Below are positions 53,051 to 63,430 of a DNA stretch of 64,000 nucleotides, piece after piece. The notes under the pieces were generated by a model. That model did no database searches. It worked only from the letters and a program-made list of their open reading frames with translations, and had not been told where the DNA came from. Source of the DNA: Camelus ferus (Eukaryota); NCBI RefSeq assembly GCF_009834535.1, contig NC_045707.1, positions 55,306,001 to 55,370,000 on the forward strand. Reading direction: 5' to 3'. Both the position numbers and the translations under genes were made by a program. Each line of letters opens with the position of its first letter. Positions within the stretch are counted from its first letter, which is position 1.

Positions 53051-54284
53051 CAGTCAATTTGCTTATTTTCCTTTCTGTACCAATGGCATCCGAAAGAAAA
53101 AAAAAATATTTGAAAGGCTTTTAATGTAAACATGGACAGCTGTTTTAGGCATTGTAACATGTGCACGTTTGAAAGTCACATCATGAAAAAAAAATCCATG
53201 CTGAAATGTCAATTTTATAGCTCTAAGAGAGAGGTCCTAAGGTTTAGAAGTTAAAAGTAAGTTAACTCCTTGCTTATTCAAACATTAAACTGTCAGCATG
53301 GAAGTAAATTTAAAACTTATGATGGTCTGAAAATGTGGTGCTAAATGAAGTCTGAAGACCTATTAACCTGCCTGAGATGTAAACCAGGAACTATTACACT
53401 CTGCTGTTGAACGTGTATTCAAGTATTTTGTAATAGTGTGTGAGCTATTAAGAGGTGAACAAGGAAGCTGAATAGCATCTCTTCCTTCTGAAATACAATG
53501 ATAATGTTAGCTATTCTCAACATTCATTTAGGAATTGCGTGCATATAGAAAATGAAATACTTGCTTGAAAATGATTTCTTCAATTTTTTTATACTAGTAA
53601 TGCACAACTGACAATCCTTCAAAAAATTGGCCAATAATCAATTTTTTTCCCTTTGTTTTAGAGCTCTACGGGGATTTAAAGAGAAAACACACTTGTAAAC
53701 ATACTTACATGTAGGTGGTAAACACAGTAGATAAGCAATTTTGACAGATTATTCATTGTGCTAATAATAAAACATTTTTTAAAAGGAGCTCCTTAAAGTA
53801 TATAAATGTAATAAATTCAATATAAACTAAAATTAATTAAATACTTAGGTGAAGAATATGATCATATTTCCTTCTGCAGTTAAAATAGGTTTCTATTTAT
53901 TCAATATTATTATGTCAAACATTTATGGTTTTAAAAAGCCCCACTTGGACATTTATCAACCATTTTAAGATAGCATATCAATTAGATATATTTAATTTAC
54001 ATTTGAAAAGATGGAATGGACTAAATCCAAATTGCATAAATTAAAATTAATGGTGAAGCAAGTCTACCTTTTTCTGACTGAGAAAATGAAAGTTTATTAT
54101 GAAAATACCCTTTTCCTAGATGTTGTCCCTGTTTTTGGATGTTTAAATTCAAGTGGGAAAGACAATAACCACTTTTGTTCTAAAAAACACTGTTAGAAAT
54201 ATATATTTTTTAAAGGATTGCATTAAAATATTTGAGTAAGAAAGCAGAGAGTTTCTTACTCCAGTTGCTAGAGAGTGTTCCTAC

Positions 54285-54866
54285 TGAAGGAGAATCAGTA
54301 AAATGGCCGCAATTAGGCTAACAGATTGCTTATTCTTATGCTTGCCTTTAAAATGGTCAGCTGACCTGACTGACTGGTTGCTACTTACAGTTCCAGGCCC
54401 ATTGTTAAAACTAAAGCTATTGATCTTACTGCTTCTACTTTATTCCAGTAATTCAAAGTAATAATCATGCTTGGTCTCTGATTCCTTCTCCAAGGAGAAG
54501 GTCACAGGACTGTAACCTTACAAAATAGCCTGAATTACCAAGAAGGCCACACCTTGAGTATTTATGAGATAAAGAGATCTAACCGCTGGGCTCTATAGAA
54601 TTGGTCACCTGGAGGCATCATGACGCCATTCTGTCTTCTGAGGAGAAAATTATTCTGTTGATTGTTATCGATGCTCTATTGTTTGAGCTATGGCTATATA
54701 TCCACCCCACCCCATCCCCGAGGTGGGCTCACAGTTTTGAAGGCACTAGCCTGCTGTGAATCCCCTTTGCCTGGCAAAGCAAAATTGCCTCTTTTCTTCT
54801 AAGCTCCAAGACCTTGTCTCTAGGTTATTTGGCTCATCAGGGAAGGGGGCCGATCTTTTGGCGACA
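54285..54866 (+). mobile_element. ERV1-class solo LTR (582 bp)
   Basis: TGAAGG...GCGACA termini; 4-bp TSD ctac/ctat; tatatat at ~54695; 3' block gctcacagttttgaaggcactagcctgctgtg...tttgcctggcaaagc. Confidence 0.85.
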
Positions 54867-55149
54867 CTATCTTAATCGTATGTAAGGTTTTAGGAGCATT
54901 ATATTAGTTACTAGGGAGTAAAAAAAGAGAAGGCTATGACTCGCTTGTTCCTCACAGAGCTAATATTCAGCCAGTGGAGAAGAGATAATGAAAGAAAAGA
55001 TAATAAAAGCTAATAGCATTCCAATGTCTAAGTATATGGTGCACACAATAGGTATTAGGAAATACGAGAAGCAAAAAGATGAATCTAGGACACCATGATT
55101 TGATCTAAATTGAACTTTGAAGAATAAATAAGATGTGATGGTTGTCTCT

Positions 55150-55632
55150 TGTCGACTGAAATAAATACACAACCTAAAAGTTGAGAGTTATGTTTTATTT
55201 GGTGGACAATTCTGAGGACTCAGCCCAGGATGACAGCCTCAGATCGCTCTGAGGGACTGCTCCAAAGAGGTAGGGGAGGAGCTAGGATATATAAAATTTT
55301 ACAACAAAGACCAGGTAGTTGGAACATTAAAAGATTACTTGTTAACTAAAGAAAACCAGGCATCTCTAGTTAAAGAATTCAGCGCTTTTCTATGTATGGG
55401 AGGAGCAAACATTTGGTCTCATTGAATTCATTCCTTTGACAAGCACCTAGCTATCTAGGGCCAGTATCCTGTCCTTTCTTATTCTGAGTGCCCTTAGGGT
55501 GCACTATTGTGAGTGGCTGCAGAGGCTGGGCTGCAGGCTTGTCTTCACTGGGGGGTGGCGGCAGCTGCTGATGACTTGATGGTTTCAGCATTCTTTGTTT
55601 ACTGATAGGGTTTGCGGTATTTTTCATTCACA
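55150..55632 (-). mobile_element. ERV1-class solo LTR (483 bp, cetartiodactyl type)
   Basis: TG...CA termini flanked by tctct/tctcc; minus-strand AATAAA at 55194-55199; TATA-like at ~55287-55296; block gctctgagggactgctccaaagaggtagggggagagctagg. Confidence 0.85.
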
Positions 55633-56339
55633 TCTCCTGCAGGATTGACAAGGAATTGGTCTGTGATTTCATCTGGTTCTGGAGGATATGTGGAAAGTAC
55701 TGAAATATGGGAAGAACCTCAATGACATCTGAGATTTGATCTTGTATCATCAGCCGTTTTGTTCTTTGGTGAGTGTTGTGACACACGCTAGCAGGTCTAG
55801 AACATGGGCCAGAGACATTGTTAACATGTTTAATTTAGTAATTGGCTTTGTTGTCATCACTACTTCTCTCAAAAAATTGTTCATGTTGAGTGGGCAAATG
55901 TGCAGTTATTACTTAATTGTTGCATTTATTTAGATACACTCTGTCTTTTTGCAAAAATGATTTAAGGACGGAAGCTATTTAAAAAGGTGAAACATAAACA
56001 TGGTAAGGAAAGTAAAGTTAAGGTTAGAAAAAAATAGGAGAAAAACAAAAGCTTGTGTATTTAGATACAGCAGAATAACTTCTATGAGCTCCAGTGTAGT
56101 TTTTCAGCCTCTCTGCCCTGAGCCCTGTTCCTTTAAGATTTTGCTCTCTTCTAAGGAACAGATACATTATTATTTTAGGAAGAAGTAACTTGATATGGAC
56201 TTTTGAGGGCAATGCCCTAAGCTCCCCAGAAGCAACGTGAATTCAGTTACAATGGATATGAGTGTTTTAGTTCTATTTAATCCAAAGATGTCATAGAAAG
56301 TAATTACTGTCAGTATTTATATGAGGTATCAAACTATAT

Positions 56340-56535
56340 AGTTACTGAAATTCCACTTACTGTTCCTGTATGGCATTAAGTAAGAGACCTAACTTCTCTG
56401 TGCCTTAATTGCCTCAACATTATATTGACATAATAATCTAATTTATCCCGGGGTTGTCAGGAATAAATGAGACAATTCATATGACATACCAAACTTAATA
56501 TCTGGCACATATGAAGCAATAAATACATGTTAACT
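56340..56535 (+). mobile_element. MIR SINE
   Basis: ctaacttctctgtgccttaatt...ggggttgtcaggaataaatgagacaat...tctggcacatatgaagcaataaat. Confidence 0.75.
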
Positions 56536-56877
56536 CTCTTTAATTTTGTAATACCATAGCAAGGTGAATTTTTAATTCATCCCTTCTAAGTTTGCTACAA
56601 GTGTCACTCCAAATGGCATCTCGAAGAGTGTCATCTTGTAAACTTAAAAGTGTCCCTATCATTATTCTGCTAAGAAACAAGGGGAGTAAGGACAGCAATC
56701 CCGCTCTTCTCAGTCCACTTGTTCCTGTATCCCCGTGGCTGAACTCTGACCCTCAGGAAAGAATGATACTGGTCAAAATTCTATTCATGGCTACCTCCTT
56801 CCAACCCAGCATTCACAATAGAATCTTGTATGAATTATGCCATTTTGATGCTGTTACGGAAAATGGAGTGTGAATTA

Positions 56878-57028
56878 TTGCTTTCCTACTCAAAATGTAG
56901 TCCGTTGACAAGAAAGCTTTAGCAACACTTGGGAGTTTGTCAAAGATACATATCTCAGCCCCTTCCAACATTTGTTAAATCAGAATATGCATTTTAACAA
57001 GCTGATTCTCAGTGCACATCAAAGTGTG
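56878..57028. mobile_element. MER5A-like MITE
   Basis: ctactcaaaatgtagtcc...cacttgggagtttgt...tctcagcccc...aatcagaatatgcattttaacaag...gcacatcaaagt. Confidence 0.7.
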
Positions 57029-57149
57029 TCCTGGATAAGATATCCTATGCAGATTGTTGGTAATGAGAATCGGGGATTTGGTGGTGGCAGTGGCCTTGGC
57101 AGCACTTTCAGGTTTCCCCATTCCTGATTGATAATGATCAAAGTAATTG

Positions 57150-57830
57150 TCTCTGTTTTAATCTATCTGAAATTGGAGAACACTATTTCTTATCTCCTGG
57201 AAGAACATAACCAATGTTAATTTCAAGGGAAATCCTCTCTTTCTCTCCTTCAGTGTTGTCATAGTCATCTTCCTTCTCTTTGTTCTCATCACCATCATTT
57301 TAATCACAGAACTTAATCGTGGATTACATTTCTCTTTATCACAGTACTTTTGGAGCATACAGCTTTTGCTCCAACATCTGGCGATTTTGTATCTGCTATG
57401 ATCTCCAACCATACCTAAATACCTACAAATACAATTTTTTTTTGTTTATCCTATCCTCTGTTGCTATTCACTCTTCAGTGTTCTCCAAACTTTTTGTAAC
57501 TCACTTTGAGTTCACATTAGGTGTTATTGAGCACCTGAAAATTCAGTGAACTGGCTGAATAAGAAATATCTATATATTGGATTAATTGTATGCAGAAATG
57601 ATTAACCGACACTGTCTGATCCTTTGACATTAGTTTCAGTTTTGCTTACATCGCAGATCATCGGGGTTCTCTCCTTTGCTGATCTTGATTTTATAATCTT
57701 GGTTAATTTTCCTCATTCTCCACAGTCTTGTTACTGCCATTCTCATTCTTTTATCTTTCCCGTGACATGTTTCCCATTTAAAATTATCTTTTAATAAATT
57801 ACTTAACTTCAGAGTTCACCATAGATGAAT
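57150..57830 (-). mobile_element. Degenerate pogo/Tigger-type transposase relic
   Basis: Manual minus-strand translation with frameshifts gives FLIQPVH...ELKVSYKKF, VWLEIIADT/IARCWSKSCML and an acidic tail, in the order of the pogo DDE C-terminus. Confidence 0.45.
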
Positions 57831-58479
57831 AATTAGTTCTCCCCAAGTGTAATTTTACTTAGTTATCTATCCTTGTTTATCTAAATAAGTGCTATTTTGT
57901 GAATAATAAGTTGTAAATGCTAGACATATTAATGTTAATGATTTCATGGGCCAGGAGGTTTATTAACAGGAAAAAGGGAATAAAGCTTAGTTATCTGATG
58001 TAGGCACATAAGGTTAGAGGACACATATCCAAATATGGGAGAAAATTTTCACATGAATTAGCCAAAACAAAAATAATTATGTCTTAATAAGTAGGGACTA
58101 AAAAATAACCATTGAGATATTATGTCTATAAACTTATGAAAAATGTTCTTAAGAAATGTTTATTTTTGTGAAGCTTATTTTTCTTACAGCATGAAAAGAA
58201 CAAACCAACTAGAACAAAACTGGATATTTCTGATGTTGTATTACTATAACTTCACAAGATTTTAAGAGACTGTTAAGAAAGTTAAGAGACTGTTAAGGTT
58301 TCTATAGCCTGTAACAATGTTATTCTATTCTCACATATTATTCTTTCCTTAGGTAAATTTGTTTTAGGCAAATCACTTTCTTTCAGCTCCTTAAAGAAGG
58401 CATGTTCCCTGTGACCACAGGACCTTTGCATATACAGTATTATTTCCTTCTTCAAAGACTGCTCAACCATTTACTTCCA

Positions 58480-58685
58480 TAAATCCTGCTCAATCTCCAG
58501 AATTCATCTCAATCATCCCTCAGAGAAGTCTAGTTCAGTTTCTTTTACTGAAACTTGCCTCATTGTATGTTACTTCTACTCAGTTTTTACCTCATATGGT
58601 TTTATGGGAACTAAATAAGCCATATTCTTAAAGCAGAGACTTACCACAGAGACTAAAACATAGAAAATGCTTACTAAATATTAAT
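58480..58685 (+). mobile_element. L2 3' fragment
   Basis: catctcaatcatccctcagagaagtct...attcttaaagcagagact...catagaaaatgcttactaaatatt. Confidence 0.45.
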
Positions 58686-59559
58686 AGTTTTAAACATTGC
58701 TTATAATACCTGGATCACATAGCAGTTTCCTGTATTTTAATAGATCCTTAAATATGATACTGAGATCTTTCTATAAGGAAATTGCCTTCCAAAGCAATAA
58801 TTCAAATTCATTCCAAACTTCATAACACATGTGTTGTTAAATAGGTTTTACTTCCTTAGATCAGGAAGATCTAGGCATTTATTGCCTCTTGTTTCTCTAT
58901 AGATTTTTTTAAACTACTCTGTGACTCTGGGGCTTTGGGTATTTCTCTAATCTACATCTTCTATTCCTTTTAGTTTGATGCTTTATTCTTCTTTCCTCCC
59001 TTACCTCCTGTTCTGCCTCCTCGTCTGCCTCTTATATCTCTTCTTCCTCCTCCTTTTCATCTTCTTCACCTTTATATGTTGCAACAATAATTGAAGAGAG
59101 TAGTCCCCAGTCCCTGCTGATTCTAGGTTGGGTATGAGTTATATATAAAAACAGATCATCCATTACACAGGAATATTGATGCCATAACTTGCTTACTGCA
59201 ATTCCATTAAGCATCCCCCCCAGTTATCTCAGCATTGCATTTCACTTGTAATCCTGTTTAGTCCTTTACAATGTTGGTCATGGTTACTATAGGCAATTTT
59301 ATATTATCAGAAACAATAGTTGTTTAAAGGCTCTTCTAGCCACATGATATTCACAGTTGGAACAATATTCTTAATTTTACAGATGAAACTATCTTTTTAA
59401 CAGATCATTAAACTACCCTTTTTGTAGGCAGTTATAAAATCTGATATTTTAAAGGAAAATGTCCAAGTTTAGAAGAGTTGATTTATAGTTGGCCATCAGC
59501 CAATGAGATTATTCAATCATCATAAGGAAGAATAATCCATCCTTAAACTGGAAGAACTT

Positions 59560-60140
59560 TGCTCTGCCTTTTTTGCCACCGTGCACCTGAGGTGTGTTGA
59601 ATGTAGTCTTTCCTGGCTTGATGCTTAATTAGAAGTGATCACTGATATAGATATGCTATATATTGAATGTGAACTTTGATTAATACTGTGCAATTCATAT
59701 GTTACATTACCAGCAACATTTTCCGTATCACCAAATCAGTATTTTTTTCTTGTTCTGAGTGGCGGACTGTCCCACTCTCCATTCTACTTCTATATGCAAG
59801 TTTAAAAAGGAATTGCTGGCCAACTAAGTATTCTCACAGTGACGCATATTCACTTGAGTTGGCCACTTATCTGAGTTTCTTCCCTAAGTGAATGCAGAAT
59901 CATCGCAAAGATAATGTCCATTGTGCTGGGTTGGAGTTTAAATCTCTTACCATGATTTGAAAGGGAATGGTTGATGATGCTTTCTGTAGTTTCTGCAGAA
60001 GGAGTTCTGCTAGAATTTTGCCGGTGATGGAGGGAGAGTAGGGCAATGCCATCATAGTTGCTGTAGTCAGCTTTCCAGCTTTTTATGTACTAAAATATAT
60101 ATCACAACACTGCTCCCAATCTGTCCCACGGCTCAGAGTA
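59560..60140 (-). mobile_element. RTE-clade LINE relic (MamRTE1/L4-like), internally deleted
   Basis: Manual minus-strand translation: KADYSNYDGIALLS/ITGKILAELLLQKLQ/...RFKLQPSTMDIIFAM, then QLK*...VRI...P/KLAY...G.VR..EQEK..D, matching RTE RT N-terminal and C-terminal motifs. Confidence 0.75.
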
Positions 60141-61232
60141 TTATGTGAATCGGATCTTGCCCTGGTGTCCCAGCTTTCATCTCAGCTTTTCACATACGTG
60201 GAACAAGATTTTGCTAATGGAACACTGTACATAAGTACAGAAAACTGTCACTACCTCTGGAGTTTATAGGTGTTAAAGCACTCTGCAAAGTGTCAGATTT
60301 CACAGTAGGAAGTTTATACACCTGGAAGGAGCTGATCCTATGTCCTGTAGTTGCACAAAGTCATAAAAATTGAGTAGAGACAAGTGTTATTATGTGGAAT
60401 ATATAAATGTCCTGTGACTTTCTCAAAAGAAATCACATACTCAGATATTCATGACCCACCCTGAGAACCAAATGCACTTTAGAACAGACGGTAGGCTTCA
60501 GGCACTTGTTATATTAGCAGGATTCCTTGTTATCTCAGTTGAAAAGAGGTCAGTGTGCCTGTTAACACCAGCTTACCTTGATTTAGTGAAACCTATTGGC
60601 AACTGTTTATTGTACTTCTAAATTTCAATCTTTGCGGAGGCACAAGAATGAAAGTTAGGAGTAAGAACACTGAGAGAGGGACAATAAAAATAACTTTTGA
60701 GCAGGATATTCATTTAAGCAAAAATAAAGGTGATTAGACTGGTTTATATGAAGGAACTAAACTTGCAACAGTGTTTACTTTCACCTAAGTCTCCTAGCAC
60801 ATAAACAGATAAAAATTGAGGGGAGAGGGTCTTTAAAATTCTACTACAATTTCAAATCATCAATAATTAAATAAAAATAAATGTTCTCTTTATTACTAGC
60901 TATATGAATTATATTTTGTCATAAAAAATAGAAAATACTTCACAGTAGTATCACTGTTTTCTCCTTTCCCCTCCTAAACATAACCCCTACACAAAAATGT
61001 ACCACCATTCAGTGAAAGGAAAGAAGCTTACTCTGTCTTTCCTTAAATTGTTTTCTTTAAAAATAAAGTGCACCATTAATTCATCTCTGGAATGTTAAAT
61101 TTAAAATACTGTAAGTCTCTTTAGGCAAGTAGCCGCCTTCAGAAATTCTGTAAAGACTCCGTTAAGTCTATTCAAGGCTTTTTATTTCCACTAGAGTTGG
61201 AATGGCTTTATTTCACCTGTTATACTCTCGTC

Positions 61233-61641
61233 TGTAGTAGGCACTGTTAAACGCTCCCCCAGGATCCATTCTCACCTCTTTTCATTTCAGTAGTGGAATC
61301 CCCTCCCCCTCCCCCTTCACATAGTCCCCAGCCTCCCTGGGTTTGAGCTGGACTTACTTCCCAGCCTCCCTTGCAGTCAGGTGTGTCTACCTAAGTTCTT
61401 GCTGGTAAAGTGATGTGCACAATTTACTGGTCATTTTCAGCTTGAAGACAAGTTGTGTGCCCACAACTGCAGGTGTAACCTTTGAGGCAGAGATGAAGGT
61501 CATGTTTTGTGTAGAGCCAGAGCCTTCCTGCCTACACTTCTGTTCCAAAATGAGAGAGGCACAAACTTCTGGCTTATTTACTTCACTGTATTTTTAAGCC
61601 TCATTCTTATAGTAGCTGAGTCTATATCCATCCAAACTTAT
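61233..61641 (+). mobile_element. MaLR solo LTR (MLT1J-like)
   Basis: tgtagtagg...ggatccattctc...ttcccagcctcccttgcagtcaggtgtg...ctaagttct...aaacttct...cactgtattttt...tagtagctgag. Confidence 0.75.
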
Positions 61642-62019
61642 AATAAAACCAGAGTGTAAGCTTAGAGTAATAGTTTTCTTGAGCCTTAAGTTACTGGTGC
61701 ACAAAACTAACATGAAAACACAGTTATTTTAAAGAGAGGAGTGTGAGGCAAAACCAGCATTTCCTTTTTTTTCCAGAGATCTCAGCAGTTTGTACACTTA
61801 GTTTCCATTTCACAAGGAATACTGTATAGTCAAAGTCAACCTTACGTCTTGAGAATAGTAATACGTATCTACTGCTGAGAAGAACAAGCAATGTACCCTG
61901 TATTCCTCTAAGATCACAACCCATATATGCTGAGCATTGGTATGAGACTCTTCACAGCATTCAATAGCCATCCCTCTGTGCTTCGCTCCATCATCATAAA
62001 TCCATTAGCCTTATCATAT

Positions 62020-62189
62020 CAGTGGTCCTCGAAGTGTGCTCCCCAAACCAGCAGAATCAGAGTCACCTAGGAATTGTTAAAAATTCAGCACAGATGTATT
62101 GAATTAGAAATAAGCAGGAGGGCCCAGAGATCCGTGGTTCAACAATCCCTCCAGGTGATTCCGGTGCATGATAAAACTGAAGAGCAGTG
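62020..62189. mobile_element. MER5A MITE
   Basis: cagtggtcctcgaagtgtg...accagcagaatcagagtcacctaggaattgtta...aacaatccctccaggtgattccggtgca, with degenerate TIRs. Confidence 0.85.
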
Positions 62190-62689
62190 GTTCCATGGCA
62201 ACAGCTAGTAGATAAAGCATAATTCAGCAGTCATTAATAGAAGACATTTGTTGAAATTACATTTCAATGAATTCAATGTGTTTTTAAAATATCTCAACTT
62301 GAGTTATTTTGACTCCTGACACTCAATTTATCTTATTTAATTCTATAAGAATTTTTACTTGTTTAATTATGAAACATTGCAGATGGTGAAATGATTTATT
62401 TTTTAAGGATGGAATAGAAATGCTATATAAATATTATTATTTTCATTCATGTATTATGTCAAGATTTTCTCTTTCCTGCTTTATATATAAATGGTACTCT
62501 TAAAATTCTGTTGAGCTCTGTTGTATTTTTAGAACATACATTTATGAGTTGTATCACCATACTTATATGTTTATGTGTTTGCCCTTGTATTCCTGTATAA
62601 TATTCAGAAATAATAACAAATTGCTTAGCATTTTAACTTATATTTTCATATTTGTTAACTAATTTGAGGGTTCTGTTACTTTAGCTCTG

Positions 62690-62820
62690 TCTTTATGTAA
62701 GAATAAAGAGGAAATGCAGAGAAATTATGTGATTACCTAACATTACACATCTAGTACATGGGACAACCAAAATTAATATTAAGGACTTTTGAATCCAGAT
62801 CTGAGCATTGCACTTGCAAG
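62690..62820 (-). mobile_element. MIR fragment
   Basis: aaagaggaaatgcagaga...gtgattacctaacattacacatctagta...gactttgaatccag. Confidence 0.5.
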
Positions 62821-62899
62821 GAACTAAAAATAATAAATAAGATACAAATTCCATCCCAGAAGGGATATTGTCCCTGTAATTAGTGTTGCAAAGAAGCAG

Positions 62900-63430
62900 A
62901 TTATTAGAAAAGAAAGAACAGCTGGGGTGTTGCTTGACTTCTCCCTTAAAATCTCTTACAAGCGCGCTGCAAACCAGCTGAATCATATTTGGGTAATTAA
63001 CCTCGTGGATTTCCATACCCCGAGAAAGAAGAGGATTCTGGGAACAGCTACAGAAGGCGAGGTAGACGCCAACCTAGCAAGTTTATTTATGTAATGTGGC
63101 TAGGATATCCATTTGGCGTTCTCTAAGAAAGATAAATTTTTTCCGTCACAATGACTCACAGGAAGGTATGTCTTTGAATGCAACTCAGTTTCAAGATTGA
63201 TATCAAAGTGAGAGCAGACTTGTTTATCTTTAACTGGTTAAACTGATATTAAGTCGAAAACAAATATATTAGGCAGCAAAATGCCAACATACTGGGAAAA
63301 CTTAGGGTGTATTTTGTTATTTCAAAGGAACGTGATGCTTGCTGCTCCATTGGATTTTGTCCTCAGACTTCCTGCTGCAAAATTTCACTTTCTTCTCCCC
63401 TGAGGAACCTTGGTGGGAACAGGTAAGAGG
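62900..63430 (+). promoter_or_regulatory. Candidate enhancer or alternative promoter
   Basis: Apparently non-repetitive; 8 CpGs in ~62960-63150; TGACTCA directly followed by CAGGAAG; TCF-like CTTTGAA and ATCAAAG; AGATAA; TGTTTAT; ACTTCCTG. Motif evidence only. Confidence 0.4.

Noticed and set aside
53640..53720. Plus-strand exon after strong polypyrimidine tract and AG (53661)
   Set aside because: Stops in all three frames within ~55 nt and only a weak donor.
54285..55632. Paired LTRs of one deleted provirus
   Set aside because: Different sequences, opposite orientations, separate TSD-like flanks, and no primer-binding site or internal sequence seen.
58262..58297. Short tandem duplications (also at 19-42 and ~51692-51730)
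   Set aside because: Ordinary two-copy slippage duplications with no other associated signal.
59560..60140. Recent horizontal transfer of BovB into this genome
   Set aside because: The copy is heavily decayed and its motifs (GIALLSITGKILA, STMDIIFA) differ from BovB-type TIALISHASKVMLK and TRDQIAN. An ancient mammalian RTE is the simpler explanation.
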